A DNA stretch of 64,000 nt, taken from the NCBI GenBank assembly GCA_019752595.1, contig JAIELV010000001.1, forward strand, positions 726,240 through 790,239, read 5' to 3'. Position 1 is the stretch's first letter. Each line of letters starts with the position of its first letter. The notes beneath the pieces are model-generated. The model searched no databases. It was not told the DNA's origin and saw only the letters and a program-made list of their open reading frames with translations. Source of the stretch: Patescibacteria group bacterium (lineage in GTDB: Bacteria > Patescibacteriota > Minisyncoccia > Phycocordibacterales > Phycocordibacteraceae). The position numbers were made by a program, and so were the translations under genes. Below, piece after piece: positions 37,165 to 46,654 of the stretch.

Positions 37165-37190
37165 AGCTTTTAAAGCTAACCCCTAGCACC
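37165..37190. repeat. AGCTTTTAAAGCT-containing motif, copy X (rplJ-rplL spacer)
   Basis: TAGCTTTTAAAGCTAACCCCTAGCACC; compare 43655-43680 and 40602-40678. Confidence 0.55.
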
Positions 37191-37210
37191 TATCACCTAA
37201 AAACTAAATT

Positions 37211-37573
37211 ATGACATCAGAACAAATCATTGAAGCGGTAGAGAAAATGACCGTGCTCGAACTCAACACACTCGTCAAAGCAATTGAAGAGAAGTGGGGC
37301 GTTTCTGCTACGGCAGTAGCAGCAGCAGGCCCAGCAGCAGCAGGCGAAGCGGCTGAAGAGAAATCTTCATACAACGTGAAACTTGTTTCAGCAGGTGACG
37401 CGAAAATCGGCGTCATTAAAGTCGTCAAAGAGGCTCTTGCTCTCGGCTTGAAAGAAGCAAAAGACTTGGTAGATGCAGCTCCGTCAGTCCTCAAAGAAGG
37501 AATGAAGAAGGAGGATGCAAACAAGCTCAAAGAAGCTATCGAAGCAGCTGGAGGAAAAGTCGAGTTGGCATAA
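37211..37573 (+). CDS. rplL: 50S ribosomal protein L7/L12
   Basis: [33 protein letters not shown]...Ala-rich hinge...[18 protein letters not shown]. Confidence 0.92.
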   Translation: MTSEQIIEAVEKMTVLELNTLVKAIEEKWGVSATAVAAAGPAAAGEAAEEKSSYNVKLVSAGDAKIGVIKVVKEALALGLKEAKDLVDAAPSVLKEGMKKEDANKLKEAIEAAGGKVELA

Positions 37574-37593
37574 CTCTCTGTCACTGACTCTCA

Positions 37594-37625
37594 AAACGCC
37601 CCGCATTCGCGGGGTGTTTTTCTTT
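37594..37625 (+). terminator. rho-independent terminator after rplL
   Basis: CGCCCCGC-attc-GCGGGGTG + TTTTT. Confidence 0.7.
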
Positions 37626-37627
37626 GC

Positions 37628-37655
37628 TTGACTCTGTCTGAAACAGGCAGATAAT
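37628..37655 (+). promoter_or_regulatory. sigma70-type promoter TTGACT-16-GATAAT, 6 nt upstream of ATG 37662 (leaderless)
   Basis: read directly. Confidence 0.45.
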
Positions 37656-37661
37656 GCCGAC

Positions 37662-37847
37662 ATGGCAAAAGAAACAAAAGAACCCACGATCCCAGAACTT
37701 CGCGAAAAAGGTGTTGCCCTCGCTCGCGCACGTAGAATTAAAACCCCTACCGCAGACGCTCTTTTAGATTTCCAAGTTTGGAACGGATGGGCTAATGAGC
37801 GTCGCGCTCAGATCCGTGCAGCAGAGGAAGCTGAAAGATCAGAATAA
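37662..37847 (+). CDS. small hypothetical protein (61 aa) in its own promoter-terminator unit
   Basis: flanked by promoter 37628-37655 and terminator 37857-37887. Confidence 0.4.
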   Translation: MAKETKEPTIPELREKGVALARARRIKTPTADALLDFQVWNGWANERRAQIRAAEEAERSE

Positions 37848-37856
37848 CTAGCCCTC

Positions 37857-37887
37857 AAAAAGCCCCGAAATGGGCTTTTTGTTTTTT
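37857..37887 (+). terminator. rho-independent terminator
   Basis: AGCCC-cgaaa-TGGGCT + TTTTTGTTTTTT. Confidence 0.65.
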
Positions 37888-37914
37888 GAGACGAAGGCGC
37901 GTACAATACCTCTA

Positions 37915-38481
37915 ATGTTTAAAGAAATCTCCCGCCTGTTCCAGAATCCCGCCCGCATCAAAGTTCTCAAGTTTTTCACTCTTCAGCCCAATATAAAAAC
38001 GACCGCAAAAGACGTCGCTCAAACGATAGGAGGAGGTTCGACAAAAAATGAAACGGAAATTCGCGCACTGACCCGTGCGGGTGTTCTTGTCGGGAAGCGA
38101 CAGGGGAAACAAACACTCTACTCTCTTTCTCCGAACTTTCCGCACACAGAAGCCGTCCGCTCTTTCCTCGATGACATAACCCAGCCGAACGACAAATCAC
38201 TCTCGGATGCGTTTCGTGGAGTTCCTGGTATCACGCTTCTTGTCGCGAGCGGAGCATTAGTTCGCGAACATCGTGCGGCTATTGATTTACTTGTTGTTAC
38301 GCGACGCCCGAAAGATGCACGCATTGAGCGCGCGGTCAGACAGGTGGAGGCAAAGGCATCACTTCCCATTCGCTATGCGGTTTTTGATACCCGTGAATAT
38401 GAAGAGAGAAGGGTGGCGCGCGACAGGCTTCTAAGAGATATTTTCGAGTTCGAACACATGGTTATTGTGGGGCGCGCCTAA
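37915..38481 (+). CDS. putative transcriptional regulator with N-terminal winged HTH (ArsR-like)
   Basis: MFKEISRLFQNPARIKVLKFF...; TACAAT -10 box 7 nt upstream of ATG 37915. ORF-track start 37870 lies inside the terminator. Confidence 0.45.
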   Translation: MFKEISRLFQNPARIKVLKFFTLQPNIKTTAKDVAQTIGGGSTKNETEIRALTRAGVLVGKRQGKQTLYSLSPNFPHTEAVRSFLDDITQPNDKSLSDAFRGVPGITLLVASGALVREHRAAIDLLVVTRRPKDARIERAVRQVEAKASLPIRYAVFDTREYEERRVARDRLLRDIFEFEHMVIVGRA

Positions 38482-38673
38482 CAGGCAACTTCGCAGGTCA
38501 AAAAGAACCCAGAAATTAAGCCGTTTTGGCTTGGGGGAGTATATTCACAGCGCCCCTCCGAACCCCCATATAGGGTGTTACCATTTTCAGTAAGGCGGGT
38601 TCCTCCCTAGGGGAAGAAAACTAGGCAGGACAGCCCATCAATCTTTATTTAATTATTCGTAATTTATACCTAC

Positions 38674-39360
38674 ATGCTTATTCAAACATGGGCTGATGTA
38701 TTGACTGCCTCGTTCCAGAACCTCTGGCTTGGCATCATTGCATTCGTTCCAAACATTATTGTTGCAGTCATCATTTTCGTCTTGGGCTGGCTCGTTGGGG
38801 CAGCTCTTGGCAGAATCATTGCGCAGGTCATCAAGGCTATCAAGCTTGATGCAGCGCTCAAGAACACAGGTCTTAACGAGGCAGTAGAGCGCGCAGGATT
38901 TACGCTTGATTCAGGCGCATTCCTCGGCATGCTCGTGCAGTGGTTCTTCATCATCGTATTCTTGATGGCGTCATTGGAAGTCTTGGGATTGACTCAGGTT
39001 AACCTCTTCCTTCAGAACGTCGTTCTTGCATACTTGCCTCAGGTTATCGTCGCCGCTTTGATTCTTCTCGTCGGCGCGGTCGTGGCACAAGTTGCAAAAG
39101 ATATCGTGGGCGGCGCTGCAAAAGCAGCAGGCGTTCATGGTGCAGGATTCGCAGGTTCAATTGCAATGTGGGCAGTGTGGATTTTCACACTCATCGCAGC
39201 ATTGGATCAGCTTCAGGTCGCACAGGCTTTCATCCAGACTCTCTACACAGGCGTTATCATTGCAGTCTCACTTGCAGTTGGTCTCGCATTCGGTTTGGGC
39301 GGTCAGGAAGCAGCAGCGCGCGCAATCGAGAAGATGCGTTCGCAGTTGGGCGACAAATAG
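38674..39360 (+). CDS. integral membrane protein (Ala/Gly/Val-rich, ~5 TM)
   Basis: hydropathy by eye. Confidence 0.5.
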   Translation: MLIQTWADVLTASFQNLWLGIIAFVPNIIVAVIIFVLGWLVGAALGRIIAQVIKAIKLDAALKNTGLNEAVERAGFTLDSGAFLGMLVQWFFIIVFLMASLEVLGLTQVNLFLQNVVLAYLPQVIVAALILLVGAVVAQVAKDIVGGAAKAAGVHGAGFAGSIAMWAVWIFTLIAALDQLQVAQAFIQTLYTGVIIAVSLAVGLAFGLGGQEAAARAIEKMRSQLGDK

Positions 39361-39395
39361 TATTTAGGTTTTAGCTGACAGGTTTCAGCTTTCAG

Positions 39396-39431
39396 GAAAC
39401 GCCACAGGCAAAAGCCGTGGCGTTTTTTGTT
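39396..39431 (+). terminator. rho-independent terminator
   Basis: AACGCCAC...GTGGCGTT + TTTTTT. Confidence 0.65.
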
Positions 39432-39465
39432 TTGACAAACTCAAGATAAAAAGTATTCTTCGCTC

Positions 39466-39777
39466 ATGCTAGAGAAATCCCATCTCACCTCTTCTGCGAC
39501 TGGTATGGCATCCGTTCGTCTCGCTCAGCTTTTTGAAGAATATGACGCGGTAGAAGGCCTCGCTATCTCTGAAGAGGAGAAGACTACACGCAGGGCATTA
39601 AATCTATCAGAGCGTAGTGCGTTGCTTGCAGGCTTCTCGTTTGCCAGTATAAAAAAGATAGACCGCCTCGCGCATGACCATCGGAAAAGAACGTGGCGAA
39701 ACCAAGATGGAGGTATACGCAGAGATCTTTTGGAACGATTTCATGCTCACTATCGAAGACCGTTTCGCGGGTTTTGA
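39466..39777 (+). CDS. hypothetical protein, 103 aa; TTGACA-type promoter with ATG ~7 nt after the -10 box
   Basis: TTGACA 39432-39437; weak -10 TATTCT; leaderless arrangement. Confidence 0.3.
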   Translation: MLEKSHLTSSATGMASVRLAQLFEEYDAVEGLAISEEEKTTRRALNLSERSALLAGFSFASIKKIDRLAHDHRKRTWRNQDGGIRRDLLERFHAHYRRPFRGF

Positions 39778-40401
39778 CAGTTGGGTGGGGGAGGAATACT
39801 ATTCGAATATAAAAATATCTTTATATGATTGAACCAAAATTTCTCACGATGTCCGACATAGGAACCAAGGTGGCAGGATGGCCTGCTTCAAAAATCGGAG
39901 ATGCGAAGAACAGATTTCTTTCGAGAGCCACCCGCGTCGAAGCTACAGGTGCGCCTACGTCAGATACGCTTCGCGGTCTACGAAGTCTCGTGCAAGCTCT
40001 TGCAGAACTTGAAGGTGACCAGCAGCGTCGCGAAGCAGTTGCTGCAAAGGAGAGAGAATCGCGTGCAGCATAATTTTTTATGGCTACTCATAACGAAGGA
40101 CCGAATACGCCCGAACAGCGCTATGGAAGAGCTCGAGCAGTGTGGGAGAAACATTTTACGGGCACGACCGCGATTCACTACGGGTACAAACAAGTGTCCG
40201 CCGAAGAACAGCTAACAGTTGCTAAGAGGCGCGCTATCGCAGATGTCGCCATGGGAATAATGCAAAGAGCTTTGAGCGGGATGAGATAGGGGAAAAACTG
40301 TGGGAAACGGGCGCCGTAGGCGCCCGTTTTTCTAAAAAAACCTTTAAATAAGCCATTTCTCTTTTTAGACCAAAAAAGGGCTGAAAAGAGCCATTGTTTT
40401 C

Positions 40402-40430
40402 TTGACAGGGGCCTTCAAAAGGTATATCTT
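40402..40430 (+). promoter_or_regulatory. candidate promoter TTGACA-17-TATCTT driving a ~90-nt terminated transcript
   Basis: read directly; terminator at 40505-40528. Confidence 0.35.
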
Positions 40431-40436
40431 ACTGAA

Positions 40437-40528
40437 TAGGTTATATGAGTACTAACACGAAAGACGCAATGCGGTCATAGCGAAACATTTACGTGTTTCG
40501 TTTGAAGCCGCCGACAGCGGCTTTTTTG
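40437..40528 (+). ncRNA. candidate small RNA (~90 nt) upstream of the 23S rRNA gene
   Basis: promoter, internal hairpin CGAAACA-tttacg-TGTTTCG, terminator GCCGC-cgaca-GCGGC + TTTTTT. Confidence 0.3.
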
Positions 40529-40601
40529 TTCTCTTGTAAAACCAGTTCGTTGACAATTTAAGACATCATATAGAGAACATCGAGCATAAACAGAAAATAA
40601 T

Positions 40602-40678
40602 TAGGTGTTAGTGATTAGGGGTTAGGTTCTAGTTTGAAAAAGCTAAACTCTAAAACCTGAAAGCTAAAACCTGATTAA
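40602..40678. repeat. AGGTGTTAG...AAAGCTAAA motif, copy Z, immediately 5' of the 23S rRNA start
   Basis: AGGTGTTAGTGATTAGGGGTTAGGTTCTAG...AAAGCTAAACTCTAAAACCTGAAAGCTAAAACCTG; similar to 43627-43690. Confidence 0.5.
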
Positions 40679-42735
40679 GAACGTTATGTGGTTTTCAAGC
40701 TTCCTCGCGGAAGTTTGAAGGGTGTATGGTGGATGCCTTGACTTTAAAGAGCGATGAAGGACGCAGCACGTCTGCGAAAAGTTTCGGGGAGCTGACGAGC
40801 AAGCTTCGATCCGAAAATATCCGAATGGGGAAACCCCTCGTACTCCGTACGAGATCTGTGGAGTGTTCTGCAGATGCGCACCTCGGGAAGTGAAACATCT
40901 CAGTACCGAGAGGAAAAGAAACCAACAGTACATCTCGGTCTCTGCACAAATTTATTTTGTACAGGGACCGGGATTCTGGAATTTCCCTAGTAGCGGCGAG
41001 CGAAAAGGAATCAGCCCAAACCGTATCAGCAATGGTGCGGGGTTGTAAGGCGATGGCGTTCCAATTTATTGGAAGAGAAGTTATCAAAAATATTGGTAGA
41101 AGAATCTGCTGGGAAGCAGAACCCTAGTGGGTAATAGTCCCGTATTCGAAATCAATATTTCTTCTTTGCCATCGATCTTGAGTAATCCGAGACACGAATA
41201 GCTTGGATGAATCCGCCGGAACTAACCGGCAAGGCTAAATATCTTTAAAGATCGATAGTGAACCAGTACCGTGAGGGAAAGGTGAAAAGCAGCCCGGAAG
41301 GGCAGTGAAATAGTTCTGAAACCATACATCTACAAAGAGTCGAAGAGGTCGCAAGACCTCGACGGCGTGCCTATTGAAGAATGAGCCGGCGAGTTTACGC
41401 ACACGGCAGGCTAAGGGGCGATCCCCCGGAGCCGTAGGGAAACCGAGTGTGAATAGCGCGTTAGTCGCGTGCGTAAGACCCGAAGCCAGGTGAGCTTGTC
41501 ATGAGCAGGGTGAACCACTCCGAAAGGAGTGGGGAGGCCCGAACCCGTTGGTCGTACAACGCCTTGGGATGACTTGTGACAAGGAGTGAAAAGCTTATCG
41601 AACCTGGTAATAGCTGGTTCTCTCCGAAATAGCTTTTGGGCTAGCGTCTGACGTTCCCTCTGGGGGTAGAGCACTGGAAGGGTCAAATAGGGAGCAATCT
41701 CGTTGACCCTATCAAACTCCGAATACCAGAGATTAAAAGTCAGGCAGTTAGACTACGGGCGCTAAGGTCCGTTAGTCGAGAAGGGAAGAGCCTAGATCTC
41801 AAGTTAAGGTCCCTAAATATGCGCTAAGTGCATCACAAGGAAGTTGAAGTTCTATGACAGTGAGGATGTTGGCTTAGAAGCAGCCACCATTTAAAGAAAG
41901 CGTAACAGCTCACTCATCGAGAACTTCTGCGCCGAAGATAATCGGGGCTAAGCGCGTTACCGAAACTGAGGAATTACAGAAGATCCGTCTTCTGTATTTG
42001 GTAGGAGAGCGTTCCAAACCGCAATGAAGGATAAGGGGTGACCCATTCTGGAGCGTTTGGAAGTGAGAATGCCGGCACAAGTAACCACAATGTGGGTGAG
42101 AACCCCACACGCCGAAAGAATGAGGTTTCCTTCGCACTGATGATCAGCGAAGGGTTAGTCGGGCCTAAGGGAATGGCGAAAGCCGCACCCGATGGACACA
42201 CGGTTAATATTCCGTGACTTAGTATGTATGCGATGGAGAGACGGAGTGCTGTATCTACTGCCCGTTACTGGATTTGGGTTCAATGCATGAGGATGTGACT
42301 TCAGGAAAATCCGGGTCACGCCAGTCCGAGTGTAGTGGAAATGTCCTGGTTCGCCAGGATAAATAGTAGAGAGCGCGCTTCCCAGAAAATCTTCTAAGCT
42401 TCAGTACATACAATCCGTACCGCAAACCGACACAGGTATTCAGGTCGAGTAGACCAAGGCGAACGAGTGAGAGGTCCTCAAGGAACTCGGCAAAATAGCG
42501 GCCGTAACTTTGGAATAAGGCCTGCCCTCTCTTAATTGAGGGGGCCGCAGCGAAAGATTCCCAACCGACTGTTTATCAAAAACACAGCTCCCTGCGAACT
42601 CGTAAGAGGATGTATAGGGGGTGACACCTGACCAATGCCAGAAGGTCAACTATGGGTGGTGCGTGGTAGCAATACTATGTGCTGACCTATATAAGCCCTG
42701 GTCAATGTCGGCGATAACTATAATCGTCCTAAGGT

Positions 42736-42955
42736 TTCCGTCTTGAGTAATCGAGGCGGGAAGGATTGGGACGATTGTAGAGATAAACAGAAATAAAAAT
42801 ACACTAAGTTACCTTACATGCAGTAATGCATGCGTAATCCAATCATGACCAACAAGAGACCAAATGTCATGCTCCTTCAATTTTGCAAAAGGTTTATCCT
42901 GAGCGAAGTCGAAGGATGAAGATAGAGTCCTTCGTACAATAAATAGGAATCGAAG
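42736..42955 (+). other. ~220-nt insertion in 23S between CCUAAGGU and AGCGUAAUUCC (E. coli ~1931; helix 69-71 region); intron or intervening sequence
   Basis: exon junction reconstructs the universally conserved CCUAAGGU|AGCGAAAUUCC; insert ends in G. Confidence 0.65.
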
Positions 42956-43583
42956 AGCGTAATTCCTTGTCTGGTAAGTTCAGACGTGCACGAATGGTGT
43001 AACGAGTTGGGAACTGTCTCGAGGACTTGCTCGGTGAAAATACAGTACCGGTGAAGATGCCGGTTACTCATAGTTAGACGAAAAGACCCCAGAAGCTTTA
43101 CTGTAGCTTCGTATTGGGATTATGATTCATCTGCGTAGAATAGATGGGAGAGGTTGAAGCATGGGTTTTGGCTCATGTGGACTCGTCAGTGCAATACCAT
43201 CCTTATGCGTCGTAATTTCTAACCTCTGGAAAACACCAGGGAGACAGTGCGTGGTAGGCAGTTTGAGTGGGGCGCTCTCCTCCAAAAAAGTAACGGAGGA
43301 GTCTACAAAGGTCAGCTAGGCGCGAATGGAAACCGTGCCGGTCGTGTAATGGCACAAGCTGGCTTAACTGCGAGACGTGAATGTCGAGCAGACACGAAAG
43401 TGGAGCATAGTGAACCGCTGATTCGCATTAGATGCGGTCAAAGATTATCTGATAAAAGTTACTCTGGGGATAACAGGCTAGTTCCGCCTAAGCGTCCATA
43501 GCGACGGCGGAGTTCGGCACCTCGATGTCGGCTCACCACATCCCGGAGCTGGAGAAGGTTCCAAGGGTATGGCTGTTCGCCAT

Positions 43584-43615
<32 letters not shown>

Positions 43616-44037
43616 TTAATTAGAGAAGGTGTTAGGGACTAGGTGCCAGGTGTTAGCTTTAAAGCTAAAACCTAGTACCTGGGAGCTAGAACCTTGTCTG
43701 TTAAGCAGTCTGAACCCGATTGAGAGAGAAAGTTGTTCAAATGAATATCAGGTTTTTTCGTCACAAAAAGAAACAGAACCAATCATCACGGCGGCGCATG
43801 TACGAAATTACATGACGCACCGATCAACATATATCGGGAAAATCCTGCAAAGGACAATTCCGAGGGAAGCACGGCAGCTTGCTAACGCAACTGCACTTGG
43901 ATTTTCTAGAACGGTTTACCGTTAAGAAAATCTCGGCGCCCGTAGAGACTGCACGTTGATTACCCGAAACGATTTGTAAAAGAATTGGAGGGTAAAGATA
44001 CAGTCCGATACTTTCGGTAACGAAAGCAAACACATTG
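43616..44037 (+). other. ~422-nt insertion in 23S between GGGUUCAGACCGU and CGUGAGACAGGUUGGUC (E. coli ~2590-2593, canonical group I intron site); intron or intervening sequence
   Basis: exon junction reconstructs conserved AGAACGU|CGUGAGACAG; insert ends in G; contains a 98-aa ORF without recognisable homing-endonuclease motifs. Confidence 0.65.
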
Positions 44038-44180
44038 CGTGAGACAGGTTGGTCTCCTATCTACTATGAGCGTTGATATTTGAGGAGAGTCGTCCTTAGT
44101 ACGAGAGGACCGGGATGAACTGACCTCTGGTCTACCTGCTGTTCCGCCAGGAGCATTGCAGGGTAGCTATGTCGGGAAGA

Positions 44181-44211
<31 letters not shown>

Positions 44212-44437
44212 TCCCTCCAAGATTAGATATCGTTAAGGCCCGTGAGAGATGATCACGTTGATAGGCTCAAGGTGTACATGTAGCAATACATTCAGCCGAA
44301 GAGTACTAATTCGCCGATTTTTGCGGGGAAGCATGAAAATCCATAACCCTGTTTTGTGCTCGATGTTCTCTATGTGAATGAAGTCTTAAATTGAAATAAT
44401 AAAATCTTCGTATTGAATGTTTTGTTTTGGTGGTTTG

Positions 44438-44531
44438 TCAGTGGGGCCACACCCGTTCTCATTCCGAACACGGCAGTTAAGCCCACCAGAGCCGATGGTA
44501 CTCGTAAGGGGAGAGTAGGCGACCGCCAGAA
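44438..44531 (+). rRNA. rrf: 5S ribosomal RNA
   Basis: CCGAACACGGCAGTTAAGC...GATGGTACTCG...GAGAGTAGG core. Confidence 0.85.
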
Positions 44532-44547
44532 CAAAGTATTCAATACA

Positions 44548-44582
44548 AAAACACCGACCAGAAATGGTTGGTGTTTTTGTAT
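44548..44582 (+). terminator. rho-independent terminator after 5S
   Basis: ACACCGACC-agaaat-GGTTGGTGT + TTTTGT. Confidence 0.65.
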
Positions 44583-44659
44583 TGCTCTTGTTCTGGCGGC
44601 GGCCACTCCCGAGGACGGGAGAGTATCAGTTTCGAAAGTCCGAAACTGATACCGTCATC

Positions 44660-44708
44660 GTTCGCTCGGCAATCAGAAAGCGAGCTTTCCATTGCCCTCG
44701 CTCACTCG
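44660..44708. repeat. terminator-proximal stem-loop element, diverged copy D
   Basis: TTCGCTCGGCAATCAGAAAGC-gag-CTTTCCATTGCCCTCGCTCACTCG, preceded by perfect 12-bp hairpin 44623-44652. Confidence 0.45.
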
Positions 44709-44794
44709 ATGGTAGTCTTCTTCAGAACAAGCATCTGAAATGCTCGGTGTTAGGTGGCCGTCTTATAACGCGGGATTTTTGATATCATGCGCGT

Positions 44795-45532
44795 ATGCCG
44801 TGGGGAATGAAGCGCCAACTGTTCTATGCACTCGTCGTGCTCGGTGTTATCGCTGTCGTTTTGATTGTGTTGGGTTTTGTATTTTTCTATAAAGCACCGA
44901 CCTGTATTGACGGCAAGATGAATCAGAATGAAGAAGGTGTCGATTGTGGTGGTGTGTGCGTCAAAGTCTGTGAAGCTCCCGCAATTTCCGCAGTGTGGTC
45001 GCGATCGGTGAAAGTTGCGAACGGTGTCTATCACGCGGTCGCAATGATCAGGAACCCTTCGACGAACGCAGGCACTACCAATCTTCCGTATACGTTTTAT
45101 ATGTATGATGCCGATAATATTTTAGTTGCACAGAGAAGCGGCACCATGGTTCTCGATCCAGGGGAAACGGTTCCGCTCTTGGAGACAAATATTGTGACTC
45201 GCGAGCGTGCACCCACGAAAACATTTATAGAATTCGGCCAGGCTGTCTGGCGTGAAAAGTCCCGTCCACAGAGCCCTGTGGTTATTGACTCTGAAGTTTT
45301 GGATAGTGAAAATCTGCGCCTCACCGCACGCGTTTCAAACACAACGCCAAAATCGGTGCCGAAAGTGACAGTAACGGCACTTCTCTATGGGAAAGATGAA
45401 GTCTTAGTCGCAGCCTCGCAAACGGTACTTTCGGAAATTCCAGCACGTGGCGACGTGGAAGCGGTGTTTACGTGGCAAGAAAATTTCCCTGAAGAAATCG
45501 TGCGCACGGTTGTAACTGCACGCACCCGCTAA
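44795..45532 (+). CDS. membrane-anchored hypothetical protein upstream of ftsW/rodA
   Basis: N-terminal TM LFYALVVLGVIAVVLIVLGFVFF, Cys-rich segment, beta-rich ectodomain. Confidence 0.45.
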   Translation: MPWGMKRQLFYALVVLGVIAVVLIVLGFVFFYKAPTCIDGKMNQNEEGVDCGGVCVKVCEAPAISAVWSRSVKVANGVYHAVAMIRNPSTNAGTTNLPYTFYMYDADNILVAQRSGTMVLDPGETVPLLETNIVTRERAPTKTFIEFGQAVWREKSRPQSPVVIDSEVLDSENLRLTARVSNTTPKSVPKVTVTALLYGKDEVLVAASQTVLSEIPARGDVEAVFTWQENFPEEIVRTVVTARTR

Positions 45533-45535
45533 TCT

Positions 45536-46651
45536 ATGCAGTTTTTGCGCCGCACCGACTGGCTGATGTTGGGGAGCGCGGTTCTTATATCGCTCGCTGG
45601 CATGGTGTCCATGTACGCGTTTGGGCAGGGAACGACGTTCGGCGAGCGACAAACCATCTGGCTCTCATTAGGAGTCATTGTCTTTTTCGTCTTCAGTCTC
45701 ATTGATTTTAGATTCTTGAGGCGCACCAGTATCGTTACTCTGCTGTATCTCGGTGCCGTTGCAGCATTGGCGTTTCTTTTCGTTATCGGCGCAACATTTA
45801 AAGGTGCGCAAAGTTGGTACAATCTTGGTTTTTTTGCGGTTGAGCCCGTTGACCCTGCAAAATTTGCGCTTATTCTCGTATTGGCAAAATACTTTTCACG
45901 TCGTCACATTGAAATTGCACAAATCCGCCACCTCTTGGTTTCGGGGGCGTACATGTTTGTTATTTTTGCGCTCCTCTTTTTCCAGCCCGACTTCGGTTCG
46001 GCGGTTATTGTTGCAGGTGTGTGGATGGGAGTTGTCTTGATTGCAGGCATCCCCTTGCGGCACTTGTTGGGACTTCTGGCTATAGGCACGATTGCGTTTG
46101 CAGGGCTTTGGTTTTTTGCATTTGAGCCGTATCAAAAAGACAGAATTATGACGTTTATTCATCCCTTGTCCGACGTGTCTGGGGCAGGCTACAACGCGTT
46201 TCAGTCGACAGTCGCTGTCGGCTCGGGTGGGCTCTTAGGAAAAGGAATTGGGTACGGGACGCAATCAAGACTTCAGTTCTTGCCCGAGCATGAGACTGAC
46301 TTTATCTTTGCCGCGTTTGCTGAGGAGTGGGGGCTCATCGGGACACTCATTCTCCTTTTGTTGTTTGCAGTTTTATTTTTTCGACTTATTGAAAATGCAC
46401 GCGAAGGAGGTTCAAATTTCGAATCCCTCTTTATTCTCGGTGTCACCGTACTGTTTGCTGTGCATTCTGCGATTCATATCGGCATGAACATAGGCTTGCT
46501 CCCCGTAACCGGTATTACGTTGCCATTTATGAGCTATGGCGGTTCCCACCTTCTCACAGGCTATGCACTTCTTGGAATCGTGAACGCGATGCGACGCTAT
46601 AGCCGTACCGTTGCCGACTCTGAGCGACACGAAATGGTCGGCGTTGGCTAG
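45536..46651 (+). CDS. SEDS family peptidoglycan glycosyltransferase (FtsW/RodA)
   Basis: 10-TM pattern; motifs FAAFAEEWGLIG and LPFMSYGGS. Confidence 0.8.
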   Translation: MQFLRRTDWLMLGSAVLISLAGMVSMYAFGQGTTFGERQTIWLSLGVIVFFVFSLIDFRFLRRTSIVTLLYLGAVAALAFLFVIGATFKGAQSWYNLGFFAVEPVDPAKFALILVLAKYFSRRHIEIAQIRHLLVSGAYMFVIFALLFFQPDFGSAVIVAGVWMGVVLIAGIPLRHLLGLLAIGTIAFAGLWFFAFEPYQKDRIMTFIHPLSDVSGAGYNAFQSTVAVGSGGLLGKGIGYGTQSRLQFLPEHETDFIFAAFAEEWGLIGTLILLLLFAVLFFRLIENAREGGSNFESLFILGVTVLFAVHSAIHIGMNIGLLPVTGITLPFMSYGGSHLLTGYALLGIVNAMRRYSRTVADSERHEMVGVG

Positions 46652-46654
46652 AGG

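Noticed and set aside
43627-43690. GGGACTAGG ... CCTAGTACC as group I intron P7 (with bulged A) in the 23S insertion
   Set aside because: The two strands lie within the first 70 nt of the insert with no room for P1-P6 before them. Nearly the same sequence also occurs in the rplJ-rplL spacer, so it is a shared repeat motif and not a P7 pairing.
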